Of a stretch of DNA of 60,264 nucleotides, positions 20,038 to 29,326 are shown piece by piece. A program made the position numbers and the translations under genes. The notes under the pieces were generated by a model that was not told the origin of the DNA, made no database searches, and worked only from the letters and a program-made list of their open reading frames with translations. The stretch is from an uncultured Acidimicrobiales bacterium. Lineage in GTDB: Bacteria > Actinomycetota > Acidimicrobiia > Acidimicrobiales > UBA10347. The DNA is taken from positions 1 to 60,264 of the forward strand of contig CALSSD010000002.1 in the NCBI GenBank assembly GCA_943788915.1, in the 5' to 3' direction. Every line of letters begins with the position of its first letter. The stretch's first letter is position 1.

Positions 20038-20463
20038 TCACGGCGCCGGAGTGAAACGCACGATCGAGGTGCCTTCGCCGGTGTCGTCGAACACGGCGGT
20101 CACGGCCATGCCGATCTCGACGGTTTCAGGATCACAGCCAACAACATTGGTCATCATGATTGGCCCCTCGTCGAGTTGAACATAGGCAACCACGAACGGC
20201 AGGTGCTCTTTCCATGCCCGGCCGACACCCGCACGGGTGACCGAATAGGAGTACACGGTGCCGTGGCCGGACATCGTTGTCCATGTCATGTCCGTGCTAT
20301 GGCAGTCAGGGCAGACCAGGCGTGGGTACCAGGGAATGAAGCCGCAGTCATCGCAGACAGCAAGGTCGATACGACCCTGCGCTGTTGCATCCCAGAACGG
20401 CTGGGTCTCGATGTTGACCTCCGGCGCGTTGGCTGGCAGGTACGAGGTGTATACGTCGGACAT
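20038..20463 (-). CDS. DUF35 Zn-ribbon/OB-fold protein
   Basis: PFWDA, CDDC...YPRLVCPDC, GTVYSYSV, VQLDEGP. Confidence 0.9.
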   Translation of the reverse strand: MSDVYTSYLPANAPEVNIETQPFWDATAQGRIDLAVCDDCGFIPWYPRLVCPDCHSTDMTWTTMSGHGTVYSYSVTRAGVGRAWKEHLPFVVAYVQLDEGPIMMTNVVGCDPETVEIGMAVTAVFDDTGEGTSIVRFTPAP

Positions 20464-21626
20464 CAGTCTCTCCCCAGAATCAGTGTGGCGCTGCCCATAC
20501 GAGTCGCCATCGAGCCGCCCGTGCCGTGAGCAAGTGCGAGTTGGCAGTCAGGCACTTGCACGGCTGCATGGGCCTCGCCCCGAAGTTGTCGGACCGCTTC
20601 GATCACCTTGGTCATACCACCACGGTTTGCCGGGTGGTTGTTGCAGAGCCCGCCGCCGTCGGTGTTGAACGGCAGTCGCCCGTGGGGAGCCTGCAGCGCA
20701 CCGTCGAGCACGAACTCGCCACCTTTGCCCCGCTCACAGAAGCCGAGATCCTCAAGCGTGACCAACACCGTGATCGTGAAGCTGTCATAGATCGATGCGT
20801 AATCGATGTCACCATGGGTGACGCCAGCTTCTTCGAACGCTGCCGGGCCAGAGACTCGAGCACCGGTGTAGGTCAGGTCGATCCGACCAGAGTTGGTTCC
20901 CTTGAAGCCGAAGCCGGTGCCGAGAACGGGGATCGTGTGCCGGTCGAGGGTCTTTGCGACGGCGTCGCTAACCACGACCAGCGCTCCCCCGCCATCGGTC
21001 ACAACGCAGGCGTCGAGCAGATGGAGTGGGTCAGAGATCATGCGTGAATCGAGCACTTGCTCGACCGTGACGACGTCTTGCAGGAATGCGTCGGGGTTGT
21101 GCTGGGCATGGGTTGAAGCCGCGACCTTGATCTCGGCCAGCTGAGCACTCGTGGTGCCGAACTCGTGCATATGGCGGCTGGCCGCCATGGCGTAGCCGCT
21201 GATAACACCCAACCCGAACTGGTTCTCGAAACCGGCTTCGGGGGCGGAACTGAATCGGGCACTCCCGCCCGGACCTGCACCACCGGTGCGAGGTTTGCCT
21301 GCCAGCGTGATCAACGCAACGTCGATATGTCCAGCGGCAATTGCCTCGGCCGCATGTTGCACATGCAACAGGTACGACGAACCTCCGGTCTCGGTGTCAT
21401 CAAGATGATGACAGTCGAGCCCCAAATAGTCGGCCATCGACAACGCTCCGAACCCGGGGGCATCACCCGCCGAGTAGTACGCATCGACATCGGCCATGGT
21501 CAGACCGGCATCGGTCAGCGCACCACGCGCCACCTCTGCATGGATCTGGGGAACCGTCTTGTCAGGGATTTCTCGTAAGGGGTGCTCAAACACCCCGGCG
21601 ATGTGCGCCACACCTCGAACACTCAT
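20463..21626 (-). CDS. SCP2-type thiolase-domain protein, partner of DUF35
   Basis: ETGGSSY, PLHLLDACVVTDGGGA, YDSFTIT, NTDGGGL, EAVRQLRG. Confidence 0.9.
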   Translation of the reverse strand: MSVRGVAHIAGVFEHPLREIPDKTVPQIHAEVARGALTDAGLTMADVDAYYSAGDAPGFGALSMADYLGLDCHHLDDTETGGSSYLLHVQHAAEAIAAGHIDVALITLAGKPRTGGAGPGGSARFSSAPEAGFENQFGLGVISGYAMAASRHMHEFGTTSAQLAEIKVAASTHAQHNPDAFLQDVVTVEQVLDSRMISDPLHLLDACVVTDGGGALVVVSDAVAKTLDRHTIPVLGTGFGFKGTNSGRIDLTYTGARVSGPAAFEEAGVTHGDIDYASIYDSFTITVLVTLEDLGFCERGKGGEFVLDGALQAPHGRLPFNTDGGGLCNNHPANRGGMTKVIEAVRQLRGEAHAAVQVPDCQLALAHGTGGSMATRMGSATLILGRD

Positions 21627-21665
21627 TGCAGAAAGCTAGCGGGCCGTGCGCGAGACTTCGTAAAC

Positions 21666-22353
21666 GTGCGCTACCACCATGTACTCCTGGACCTCGATCA
21701 CACGCTGCTCGACACCGATACTTCGCTACAGATGGCGTTCACCCACGCCATGGACGCGGTCGGGGCCGAGGCCGGTGACACCTATGTGATCTTCGACGAA
21801 ATCAACCAGGCGTTGTGGCGCAAAGTCGAGGCCCACGAACTCACGCCGCCACAGGTCCACGTTGCCCGTTTCGTGGAGCTCAACGATCGGCTTGAGCTCG
21901 AGGCGAATCCGCAAGACATGGCGGATGCCTTCGCCTATGGCATGGGTGCTCATGGCGAGTTGTATCCCGGGGTGTACGCCATGCTCGACGCTCTAGCCGA
22001 CGTTGCCACGCTTGCGCTGATCACCAACGGGCTGAGCGAGATTCAACGGGCTCGTATCAGCCGTTTAGGCATCGAGGAACACTTCGAGGTCATCACCATC
22101 TCGGCCGAGGTGGGCGCAGCGAAACCAGGGACAGCAATCTTTGACCTGACATTCGATGCACTCGGTGAACCCGATCGGTCGGCTGCGGTCATGGTTGGCG
22201 ACAACCTGGGCTCCGACATTGCCGGCGGCAACAACGCCGGCATCGCGACGTGCTGGTACAACCCGCACGGCCAGGCTGCGAGTATGCAGCACCCCAGCGA
22301 CCACACCATTACGTCGCTCGATCGAGTTACTCCCCATCGTCCGCGGCCTCTGA
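21666..22353 (+). CDS. HAD nucleotidase (YjjG-like); +1 indel at ~22323
   Basis: DLDHTLLD, LITNG, KPGTAIF, MVGDNLGSDI; corrected tail SLDELLPIVRGL* ends at 22353. Confidence 0.85.
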
Positions 22354-22363
22354 GGAACGAACG

Positions 22364-23597
22364 GTGAAGCCAGACTTTTATGGATGGAACGTTGTCGGCG
22401 CTGCGTTCACCGCACTTTTCGTCGTCTACTCGATCCAGTTCAGCTTCGGCACGTTCGTCGACGACATCGTCGACGACACCGGCTGGTCTGAGACTCGGCT
22501 ACAGCTGATCTTTGCTGTCTACATTTTCACCTACAGCTCGTTGTCAGCGGTGACCGGCGCGCTGACCGACCGCGTCGGTCCCCGACGAGTTGTCGCGGTT
22601 GGCGCCGGTGCTACTGACTGCCGGGTACATCATCTGGGCTACCGCCCCGAACCTGTGGATCGCCTTCCTCGGCCTCGGCGTGGTCGCCCCGTTAGGGATG
22701 AGCGCGTCATGGGTTCCGTGTAACGCGACCGTGGTCCGTTGGTTCGTCGAACGCCGAGGCACTGCGCTCGCGATCGCGACTTCGGGTACCAGCATGGCCA
22801 ACATCATCGCCCCGCCCGTTGCTGCCACTCTGGTCAAGGCATACGGCTGGCGGACAGCGCTGGCATCGTTCGCGCTCACCGGCGGTGCCGCAATGTTGCT
22901 GAGTTCTCTCTGGTTCCGCAGAGATCCCGAGTCGATGGGCCAGTTTCCCGACGGCAAGGACGGCCCCCCAACTCCCCTCGACCAAACGCTTATCAGCAGC
23001 ACCGATGGCCTCACCGCCAAAGCGGCCTCCCGCACTCGCACGTACTGGCTCATCCTGGGCATGTATGCGCTGACCTTTGTCGTTGTGTTCGTGCCCTTCG
23101 TGCACAGCAACCAGTTCGCGATCGACCTAGGCATCGATGAGATCACCGCTGCAACGGTGATCTCATCGATCGGCGTGGGCGGGTTGGCAGGCCGACTACT
23201 CGTGGGCCCCATCTCGGACCGTTTAGGGCGTAAGCGCCTGGTTGTGGCTGCGTTCGCTTTGGAAACACTGGCCTTCTTTGGAATCGCCGCATCGAATGGC
23301 CTCACGTTGTTGTACCCGTCGGCTGTCGTGTTCGGATTCTCCTATGGAGCCACGGTCACCATGCTTCCGGCTCTTGTCGGCGACTACTTCGGCCGGGAAC
23401 ACGCCGGTGCCATCGTCGGACGGATCTTCGGCACCGCTGGATCACTGGCTGCAATCGGGCCCTACGTTGCCCAGCTATTGGTCGACTCGTCGGGAAGTTA
23501 TCGGTTCGCTTTCGTGCTGTCAGGCGTTGCGAACGGAGCAGCGCTGGTCATGGCCTCGAGACTGCCCGCATCCAGTCAATCCGTGGCAACGACCTGA
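22364..23597 (+). CDS. MFS transporter (OFA/MCT-like); +1 indel at ~22606
   Basis: FYGWNVV, GALTDRVGPR; second frame VVRWFVERRGTALAIA, GPISDRLGRK, DYFGREHAG. Confidence 0.88.
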
Positions 23598-24160
23598 CGA
23601 ACCCGGGTCTGTACTGCGGGGATTACTTCTTCCTCGAACCATGGGTTCTTCGTGAACCATGCTTGATTTCGAGGCGACGGATGGGGCATGACGATCTGGT
23701 GAGGAAGGTACGACTTCCAGTTCGAGACCGTCGCGGTCAGATTCTTGCCCGGCTCGACGATGTAACGCTTCTGGGCGTAGACGCCGATGATGACCTCAAG
23801 CCGTTCCCTAGGCAGATGGTCGAGCAGCGGGTCGTGCCAAAGCGGCGCGCACTCAGGCCGCGGAGGCAGGTCGCCTGACTTCGCAGACCCCGGGTAGCAG
23901 AAACCCATCGGCAAGATCGCAACCTTGGTTGGGTCATAGAACTGTTCAGGTGTCAGGTCGAGCCACGCCCGCAGCCGGACACCGCTGGGGTCATCCCATG
24001 GCACACCGCTCTCATGCACCCGACGGCCTGGGGCCTGACCGATGATCACGATTGAGGCTGTCGTGTCCATCTGCACGATGGGACGCGGGCCTGCTGGTAG
24101 GTGTGCGATGCAGACGCTGCATGACCGCACCTCACCGAGCAGATTCGTGAGAGAGGCCAT
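23576..24160 (-). CDS. Uracil-DNA glycosylase superfamily protein
   Basis: IIGQAPG, PWDDPSGVRLRAWL, PMGFCYPG, DLPPRPEC, PHPSPRN. Confidence 0.9.
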   Translation of the reverse strand: MASLTNLLGEVRSCSVCIAHLPAGPRPIVQMDTTASIVIIGQAPGRRVHESGVPWDDPSGVRLRAWLDLTPEQFYDPTKVAILPMGFCYPGSAKSGDLPPRPECAPLWHDPLLDHLPRERLEVIIGVYAQKRYIVEPGKNLTATVSNWKSYLPHQIVMPHPSPRNQAWFTKNPWFEEEVIPAVQTRVRQVVATD

Positions 24161-24249
24161 GGTGCGACCGTAGCGAGCGGCCAGGTGTTACGCAGGTTCG
24201 CTGTGTTGGCTTCTAGGTCTGACAGGCACTTGTCTGACAGAGTTCGAGG

Positions 24250-26406
24250 GTGAGCGACACACCTGACGACATCGGCAAACTCATCACCGGCTATTGCGAG
24301 CCATGGTCGGTTCGAGCCGGCGAACCACTCGTGCTGCGGGCCTCAAGCCACGCACCAGGACCAGCGGAGTTATCGCTGGTGCGCATCAGTTGTGGTGACC
24401 CGACCAAAGCTGGTCCAGGTTTTGCTGAGATTGAGGTCGCCAGCGACCTTCCCAGCTCCGTCGAACTAGTCGACCAGCCGTTGTTGCCTGGCTCTTATGG
24501 CACCGTCGACCTCTCCGGCCTCGCTGCTACGGCGAGCCTGGGATTTTCGCTCGATGTGCTCCTTACGCTGCCCGATGAAGCGCAGACAATCATGACCATC
24601 GGCGACGCTGACGGCCGAGCCGTAGTCCAGCTGAGTGCCTCAGATGGTGTCGTGGTGATTCGTGTCGGTGAGACCGAACTCATAGTGCGACCTCGACCGG
24701 TCGCTTCCCATCGCTGGTACACGGTGCACTGCAACCTCGATCTCGCGACGGGCACAGTGCAGGCATCGCTCACGACTGAACCGTCGGCTTCGCCAGGACG
24801 CGACCTTTTCGAATCAGATAGTGCCGAGACCTCCGCCACGATCGATCTGACTAGCGTTTCGCTTGGTCAGCTTGTCCTCGGTGGTCGAGTCGACAACGGG
24901 CGGGCCGTCGGTGACTTCGACGGCCGCATCGGGCGACCGAGCTTGCTGGTCGACGACGACCGGATGAATTGGCAGCTGCACCAGGACATGGCCGGACGGT
25001 CGATAGTCGATGCTGGACCCCTGGAGCGACATGGCGAATTCCACCAGCTGCCTACCCGGGCCATCACCGGATCCACCTGGGATGGGACCGAACAGCGCTG
25101 GACCCATTCACCCGACCAGTGGAACGCTGTGCACTTCCACAAGGACGACCTCTACGACGCAGGGTGGACCGAGACCGCCACGGTGACGCTGCCGACCAAC
25201 CTGCCTAGCGGCATCTACGCCTTCCGGTTGCAGTCAGGTGATCAGAGCGACCGGATTCCGTTCTTCGTGCGTCCCGCCGAGAACGCTGTAACCAACGATG
25301 TTGCGCTGCTCATGTCCTCGGCGACCTACATCGCCTATGCGAACCATCGCATGTTGTTCGAAGGTGCCGACTTCATTGGAAGCCGTACTCGACTTCGTCC
25401 AGAACACGACTACATCCGCAGCCATCCTGAACTCGGCCGATCGATGTACGAGAATCATCCCGACGGCAGTGGTGTGATGTTCAGCTCACGGCTGCGACCG
25501 GTGCTCAATCTCCGTCCCGGCGCCGACGGTTGGAACTTCACCCCAGACACCGATATCAACGCGTTCCTGGAACACACCGGTGTTGGGCACGATGTGATCG
25601 CCGACGAGGACATCCATGCCGAGGGCCTTGCTGCGTTGGCCCCCTACCGAGTGATCGTGACTAGTTCCCATCCCGAATACTGGTCCACAACGATGCTGGA
25701 TGCGCTGGCGGAATGGCAGCGCGGCGGTGGACGCCTGATGTACCTGGGCGGCAATGGCTTCTACTGGCGGGTGGCCTTCAGCGACGCGTGGCCGGGAGCC
25801 ATGGAGCTGCGACGAGCCGAAGATGGCGTTCGAAATTGGCAGACGGGCGATGGCGAGAGTTACCACGCGTTTGGCGGTGAGTACGGCGGCATGTGGCGGC
25901 GCAACGGACGGCCGCCGAACGAGGTCGCAGGCGTCGGTTTCGCAGCACAAGGGTTCGGTCGGGCCACACACTTTGACGTCGACGCGGACAGCTTCTCGTC
26001 TCGGGCAGCATGGATCTGGCACGGGGTCGAACCCGAGGATGGCAAGATCGGCACGTCAGGACTCGGCGGTGGTGCAGCTGGTCAGGAGATCGACCGGTAT
26101 GACACCCGACTCGGGTCACCCGAACATGCCGTTGTGCTGGCGTCGGCCACCCAGTTTGGACCCGACATGGTACGGACCAAGGAAGAGTTCGAAGGTTCGG
26201 TCGATGTGACCCTCCCCGACCCCTATGTCCGAGGCGACGTCATCTTCTATGAGACGCCCGGCGGCGGTGCGGTCTTCTCGGCAAGTTCCATCTCATGGTT
26301 CGGCGCACTCGCCCGCAACGGTTACGACAACGACATCGCCCAGATGACAACGAACGTGGTGCGACGCTTTGCCGACCCAGCTCCCTTCGAGCCACCGGCC
26401 ACGTAG
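24250..26406 (+). CDS. N,N-dimethylformamidase large (beta) subunit family protein
   Basis: AVHFHKDDLYDAGW, ATYIAYAN, SMYENHPDGSGV, HPEYWS, LMYLGGNGFYW, VFSASSISW. Confidence 0.88.
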   Translation: MSDTPDDIGKLITGYCEPWSVRAGEPLVLRASSHAPGPAELSLVRISCGDPTKAGPGFAEIEVASDLPSSVELVDQPLLPGSYGTVDLSGLAATASLGFSLDVLLTLPDEAQTIMTIGDADGRAVVQLSASDGVVVIRVGETELIVRPRPVASHRWYTVHCNLDLATGTVQASLTTEPSASPGRDLFESDSAETSATIDLTSVSLGQLVLGGRVDNGRAVGDFDGRIGRPSLLVDDDRMNWQLHQDMAGRSIVDAGPLERHGEFHQLPTRAITGSTWDGTEQRWTHSPDQWNAVHFHKDDLYDAGWTETATVTLPTNLPSGIYAFRLQSGDQSDRIPFFVRPAENAVTNDVALLMSSATYIAYANHRMLFEGADFIGSRTRLRPEHDYIRSHPELGRSMYENHPDGSGVMFSSRLRPVLNLRPGADGWNFTPDTDINAFLEHTGVGHDVIADEDIHAEGLAALAPYRVIVTSSHPEYWSTTMLDALAEWQRGGGRLMYLGGNGFYWRVAFSDAWPGAMELRRAEDGVRNWQTGDGESYHAFGGEYGGMWRRNGRPPNEVAGVGFAAQGFGRATHFDVDADSFSSRAAWIWHGVEPEDGKIGTSGLGGGAAGQEIDRYDTRLGSPEHAVVLASATQFGPDMVRTKEEFEGSVDVTLPDPYVRGDVIFYETPGGGAVFSASSISWFGALARNGYDNDIAQMTTNVVRRFADPAPFEPPAT

Positions 26407-26442
26407 CGAGACGTGAGCGGCGTCTGCGAGTTACTGTTTCCT

Positions 26443-27303
26443 ATGGCAGAACTTGTGACGTTCGATCCTGATCACGACCTCGGCGAGGTTCTCACAGCCT
26501 TCCAACGAGATGGTGCCGTCATCATCCGTGGCCTGATGGGGCTTGAGCTCCAGGAGCGTGTCGCTCAGGAGTTGGAGCCGTGGGTCTCCGCTACTCCTGC
26601 AGGGCGAGACGACTTCGTTGGCCGCCTGACCACTCGCACCGGTGCTCTCGTGGCACGAAGCCCGGCATGTCGTGAATTGGTCATGCACGAGACCGTGCTC
26701 GACCTGGCACGCCGCTTCCTGCTGCAGTTCAGCAACAAGATCCAGCTTCACCTCACCCAGGTCATCAACATCACGCCCGGTCAAGGCACGCAGCCGCTGC
26801 ATCAAGATCGGTTGGCGTGGGGCGGCTACGTCCCCGACGGCATCGAGCCTCAATTCAACACGATGTGGGCACTCACTGACTTCACGAACGAGAACGGGGC
26901 GACGCGTGTCGTGCCCGGGAGTCCTCACTGGGACAAGGATCGGCGAGCGACCGACGACGAGAAGACACAAGCAGTGATGGACGCAGGTTCCGTGCTGTTG
27001 TACTCGGGTTCAGTCACCCACGGCGGAGGTGAGAACCGGTCGAGCCACGACCGCACCGGCATCAACATCACCTACTGCCTGTCCTGGCTGCGCACCGAAG
27101 AGAACAACTATCTGTCGTGCCCGCCAGACATCGCCAAGGACCTGGACCCAGGATTGCAGGAACTCCTTGGCTACACCATGGGCAACTACGCGCTCGGCTA
27201 CTACAGCGATCCGCACGTCATGAACGCCAAAACCGACGTCTTAGCCCCCGAGTACGCACTCGGTCGCTCACCCCGGGGCGACGAAAATCTCCTCGGCAAC
27301 TGA
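26443..27303 (+). CDS. Phytanoyl-CoA dioxygenase (PhyH) family 2OG-Fe(II) oxygenase
   Basis: QPLHQD (HxD), WALTDFTNENGATRVVPGS, THGGGENRS, WLRTEEN. Confidence 0.92.
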   Translation: MAELVTFDPDHDLGEVLTAFQRDGAVIIRGLMGLELQERVAQELEPWVSATPAGRDDFVGRLTTRTGALVARSPACRELVMHETVLDLARRFLLQFSNKIQLHLTQVINITPGQGTQPLHQDRLAWGGYVPDGIEPQFNTMWALTDFTNENGATRVVPGSPHWDKDRRATDDEKTQAVMDAGSVLLYSGSVTHGGGENRSSHDRTGINITYCLSWLRTEENNYLSCPPDIAKDLDPGLQELLGYTMGNYALGYYSDPHVMNAKTDVLAPEYALGRSPRGDENLLGN

Positions 27304-27336
27304 AAAGTTATGTTCCCCTGGGGACGTAACTTTTCA
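27301..27336 (+). repeat. REP-like palindrome copy 1
   Basis: TGAAAA-GTTATGTTCCCCTGGGGACGTAAC-TTTTCA; contains the stops of both convergent genes. Confidence 0.9.
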
Positions 27337-28263
27337 GAGGCGGCCGATGCGGTCCGCAAGCAGAGCGAAGAACCGGTCGCTATCCAGATCGTTGGCGACC
27401 CAGGCGTTCTTCGGCCGTTTGGTCGCACCCCACCAGTCGACCACGGTCGTACCACGTGTGAGTCTGGACTCGGTCTCGATCTCGACGTTACACAGGCGTC
27501 CAGTGAAGATGTCCGGCTCGATCAGATAGGCGACCACGCAAGGATCGTGTAGAGGCCCACCTTCGAAGCCGTAGCGCTCGATGTCGAACCGTTCAGCGAA
27601 CGACAACATGCCTGCTGCACTGAGCGTGGCGTCAGTCCCCTGGTCACGGAATGCAGCGATACGTGCGGGTGACGTACGGGCCTTGTGCGTGACATCGAGC
27701 GGCATAACCACGATGTCGATGCCGCTAGCGAACACCGTGGCAGCAGCTGCAGGATCGACGTAGATGTTGAACTCGGCGACGGGCGTGACATTGCCACCCT
27801 CGAAGTGTCCTCCACCCATCAGCACGATCTGCTCGACCTTCGCTGCTAGATCGGGGCGCTGCTCAAGTACGTCGGCAATATTGGTGAGTGGACCCAAGGG
27901 ACACAGCGTTACGGCGTCATGTGCTTCGAGCTGTTCGATGATGAAATCTGGAGCGAAACCCGGGGTCACGGTGATGGTTGGATCGGGTCGACCCACCCCG
28001 TCCAGGCCAGTCTCACCGTGCACGTACTCTGCCGTCACGAGTCGCCGGCCTTTGGGCCCTGGGTGCCCAGCAACGACCGGCACGTCGGTCCGTTTCGCAA
28101 GCTCGACCATCATGAGTGCGTTCTTCGTCGTGAGGTCCAGCGGCACGTTGCCACCAACGGTGGTGATGCCAATAACATCGAGCTCTTCGGGTGAGCCGAG
28201 CGCCGTGAGGATCGCAATGGCATCGTCCTGGCCGGGATCCGTATCAATAATGATCTTCCGCAT
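27334..28263 (-). CDS. Inosine-uridine preferring nucleoside hydrolase
   Basis: IIDTDPGQDDA, TVGGNV, VHGETGL, LGPLTN, AEFNIYVDP, PLHDP; leaderless TACGGT-N6-ATG. Confidence 0.93.
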   Translation of the reverse strand: MRKIIIDTDPGQDDAIAILTALGSPEELDVIGITTVGGNVPLDLTTKNALMMVELAKRTDVPVVAGHPGPKGRRLVTAEYVHGETGLDGVGRPDPTITVTPGFAPDFIIEQLEAHDAVTLCPLGPLTNIADVLEQRPDLAAKVEQIVLMGGGHFEGGNVTPVAEFNIYVDPAAAATVFASGIDIVVMPLDVTHKARTSPARIAAFRDQGTDATLSAAGMLSFAERFDIERYGFEGGPLHDPCVVAYLIEPDIFTGRLCNVEIETESRLTRGTTVVDWWGATKRPKNAWVANDLDSDRFFALLADRIGRL

Positions 28264-28318
28264 CGTCACACCGTAGGCGCCGCAGAGGCTCAGACTTACT
28301 GCCCTGATCACGACCAGA

Positions 28319-28352
28319 GAATTGTTACGTCCCCAGGGGAACATAACAATTC
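28319..28352 (-). repeat. REP-like palindrome copy 2
   Basis: GAATT-GTTACGTCCCCAGGGGAACATAAC-AATTC, between the divergent hydrolase and RAYT promoters. Confidence 0.9.
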
Positions 28353-28392
28353 GCCAACCGAGATTGTCGCACCCGAGATCTAGCGTTCGTTT

Positions 28393-29293
28393 ATGGCAAC
28401 ACGACCGCCGCGGCTGAAGCGGCCACACACGTATTTTCATGTCACGACCCGAGGTACGAACAGGTGGAACATCTTCCTTGACGATGATGACCGCCGGCGC
28501 TTCATGTATCTGCTCATCGCCACGTGCGAGCGTTATCAGATAGAGGTGCAAGCCTTTTGTCTGATGGGCAACCATGTCCACCTCGTTCTGTACTGCCGTG
28601 AACCGGTCTTGTCATCGGCAATGCGAGACCTCAAGTCGAGGTACGCGAAGTACTTCCACCGGCATCACAAAAGCTCAGGTCCATTCTTCGAAGCGCCGTT
28701 CGTCGAAGTCCCGATCCTCAGCGACGAACATCTCATGACCGAGGTGCGCTATACCCACCGCAATCCGCTCGATCCTAGACTCCGGGGTGTGCCTCGCCAC
28801 CTGTCTGTGGTCCAGCCACGGCATCTACCTGGGACTGCGACCAGAGCCATCGTTCATGAACACGTCTGTCGTGCGCGAACGCTTCGGTCCTAATTATCGG
28901 CTCGAAGTGGAACGGCCTCGGCCTAGCGACAAGGTCCAGAACCGTCTCCTTCCACTCGTTGCTCTTCCAAAAGTTACGTCCCCAGGGGAACATAACTTTT
29001 CAGTCGGCGAGGATTGGTCGTTGGCTGGCATCAAGCGGGAAATCGCAAACGCTGCGGGTTGTGACTTGGACGAGGTGAGGCCGCGTTGTCACAACGGACT
29101 ACTGGGCCTTGCCGTCGTGACCGCCCTCGACGAGGGGCGGTTCACGCCGTCAGAGATCGCCGAGCCGTATGGCTACTCTTCGACTCAAGCGGTCCACATG
29201 GCGGCGCGCCGGACTCGCCGCCGCCTTGAAGACGACGACGATTTACGACGAGTGCACCATGCTGTGCAACAACGGCATCGACGAGCCGCTTGA
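28393..29293 (+). CDS. REP-associated tyrosine transposase (Y1/HUH, TnpA-REP) with C-terminal HTH extension; +1 indel at ~28774
   Basis: YFHVTTRG..R.NIF, FCLMGNHVHL (HUH), RYTHRNP (catalytic Tyr); second frame LWSSHGIYLG...FTPSEIAEPYGYSSTQAVHMAARR. Confidence 0.88.
28969..29002 (-). repeat. REP-like palindrome copy 3 (inside the RAYT coding sequence)
   Basis: AAAA-GTTACGTCCCCAGGGGAACATAAC-TTTTCA, translated as KVTSPGEHNFS. Confidence 0.9.
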
Positions 29294-29326
29294 AAAGTTA
29301 CGTCCCCAGGGGAACATAACTTTTTA
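29291..29326 (-). repeat. REP-like palindrome copy 4
   Basis: TGAAAA-GTTACGTCCCCAGGGGAACATAAC-TTTTTA; contains the RAYT TGA and the corrected Mo-enzyme TAA. Confidence 0.9.

Larger units (their letters stand above)
27301..29326. mobile_element. REPtron-like locus: RAYT gene with four clustered REP-like palindromes
   Basis: HUH Y1 transposase flanked by, and containing, copies of one 24-bp-core palindrome; a fifth copy lies at 45093. Confidence 0.75.

Noticed and set aside
28393..29293. IS200/IS605 element or programmed frameshift
   Set aside because: No tnpB; RAYT-type NP...WSS motifs and HTH tail; no slippery run at the break, which resembles the other +1 errors
27301..29326. REP copies as CRISPR repeats or IS terminal inverted repeats
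   Set aside because: Irregular spacing of 0.3-1 kb, mixed orientation, one copy intragenic, no target duplication; the enzyme is HUH, not DDE
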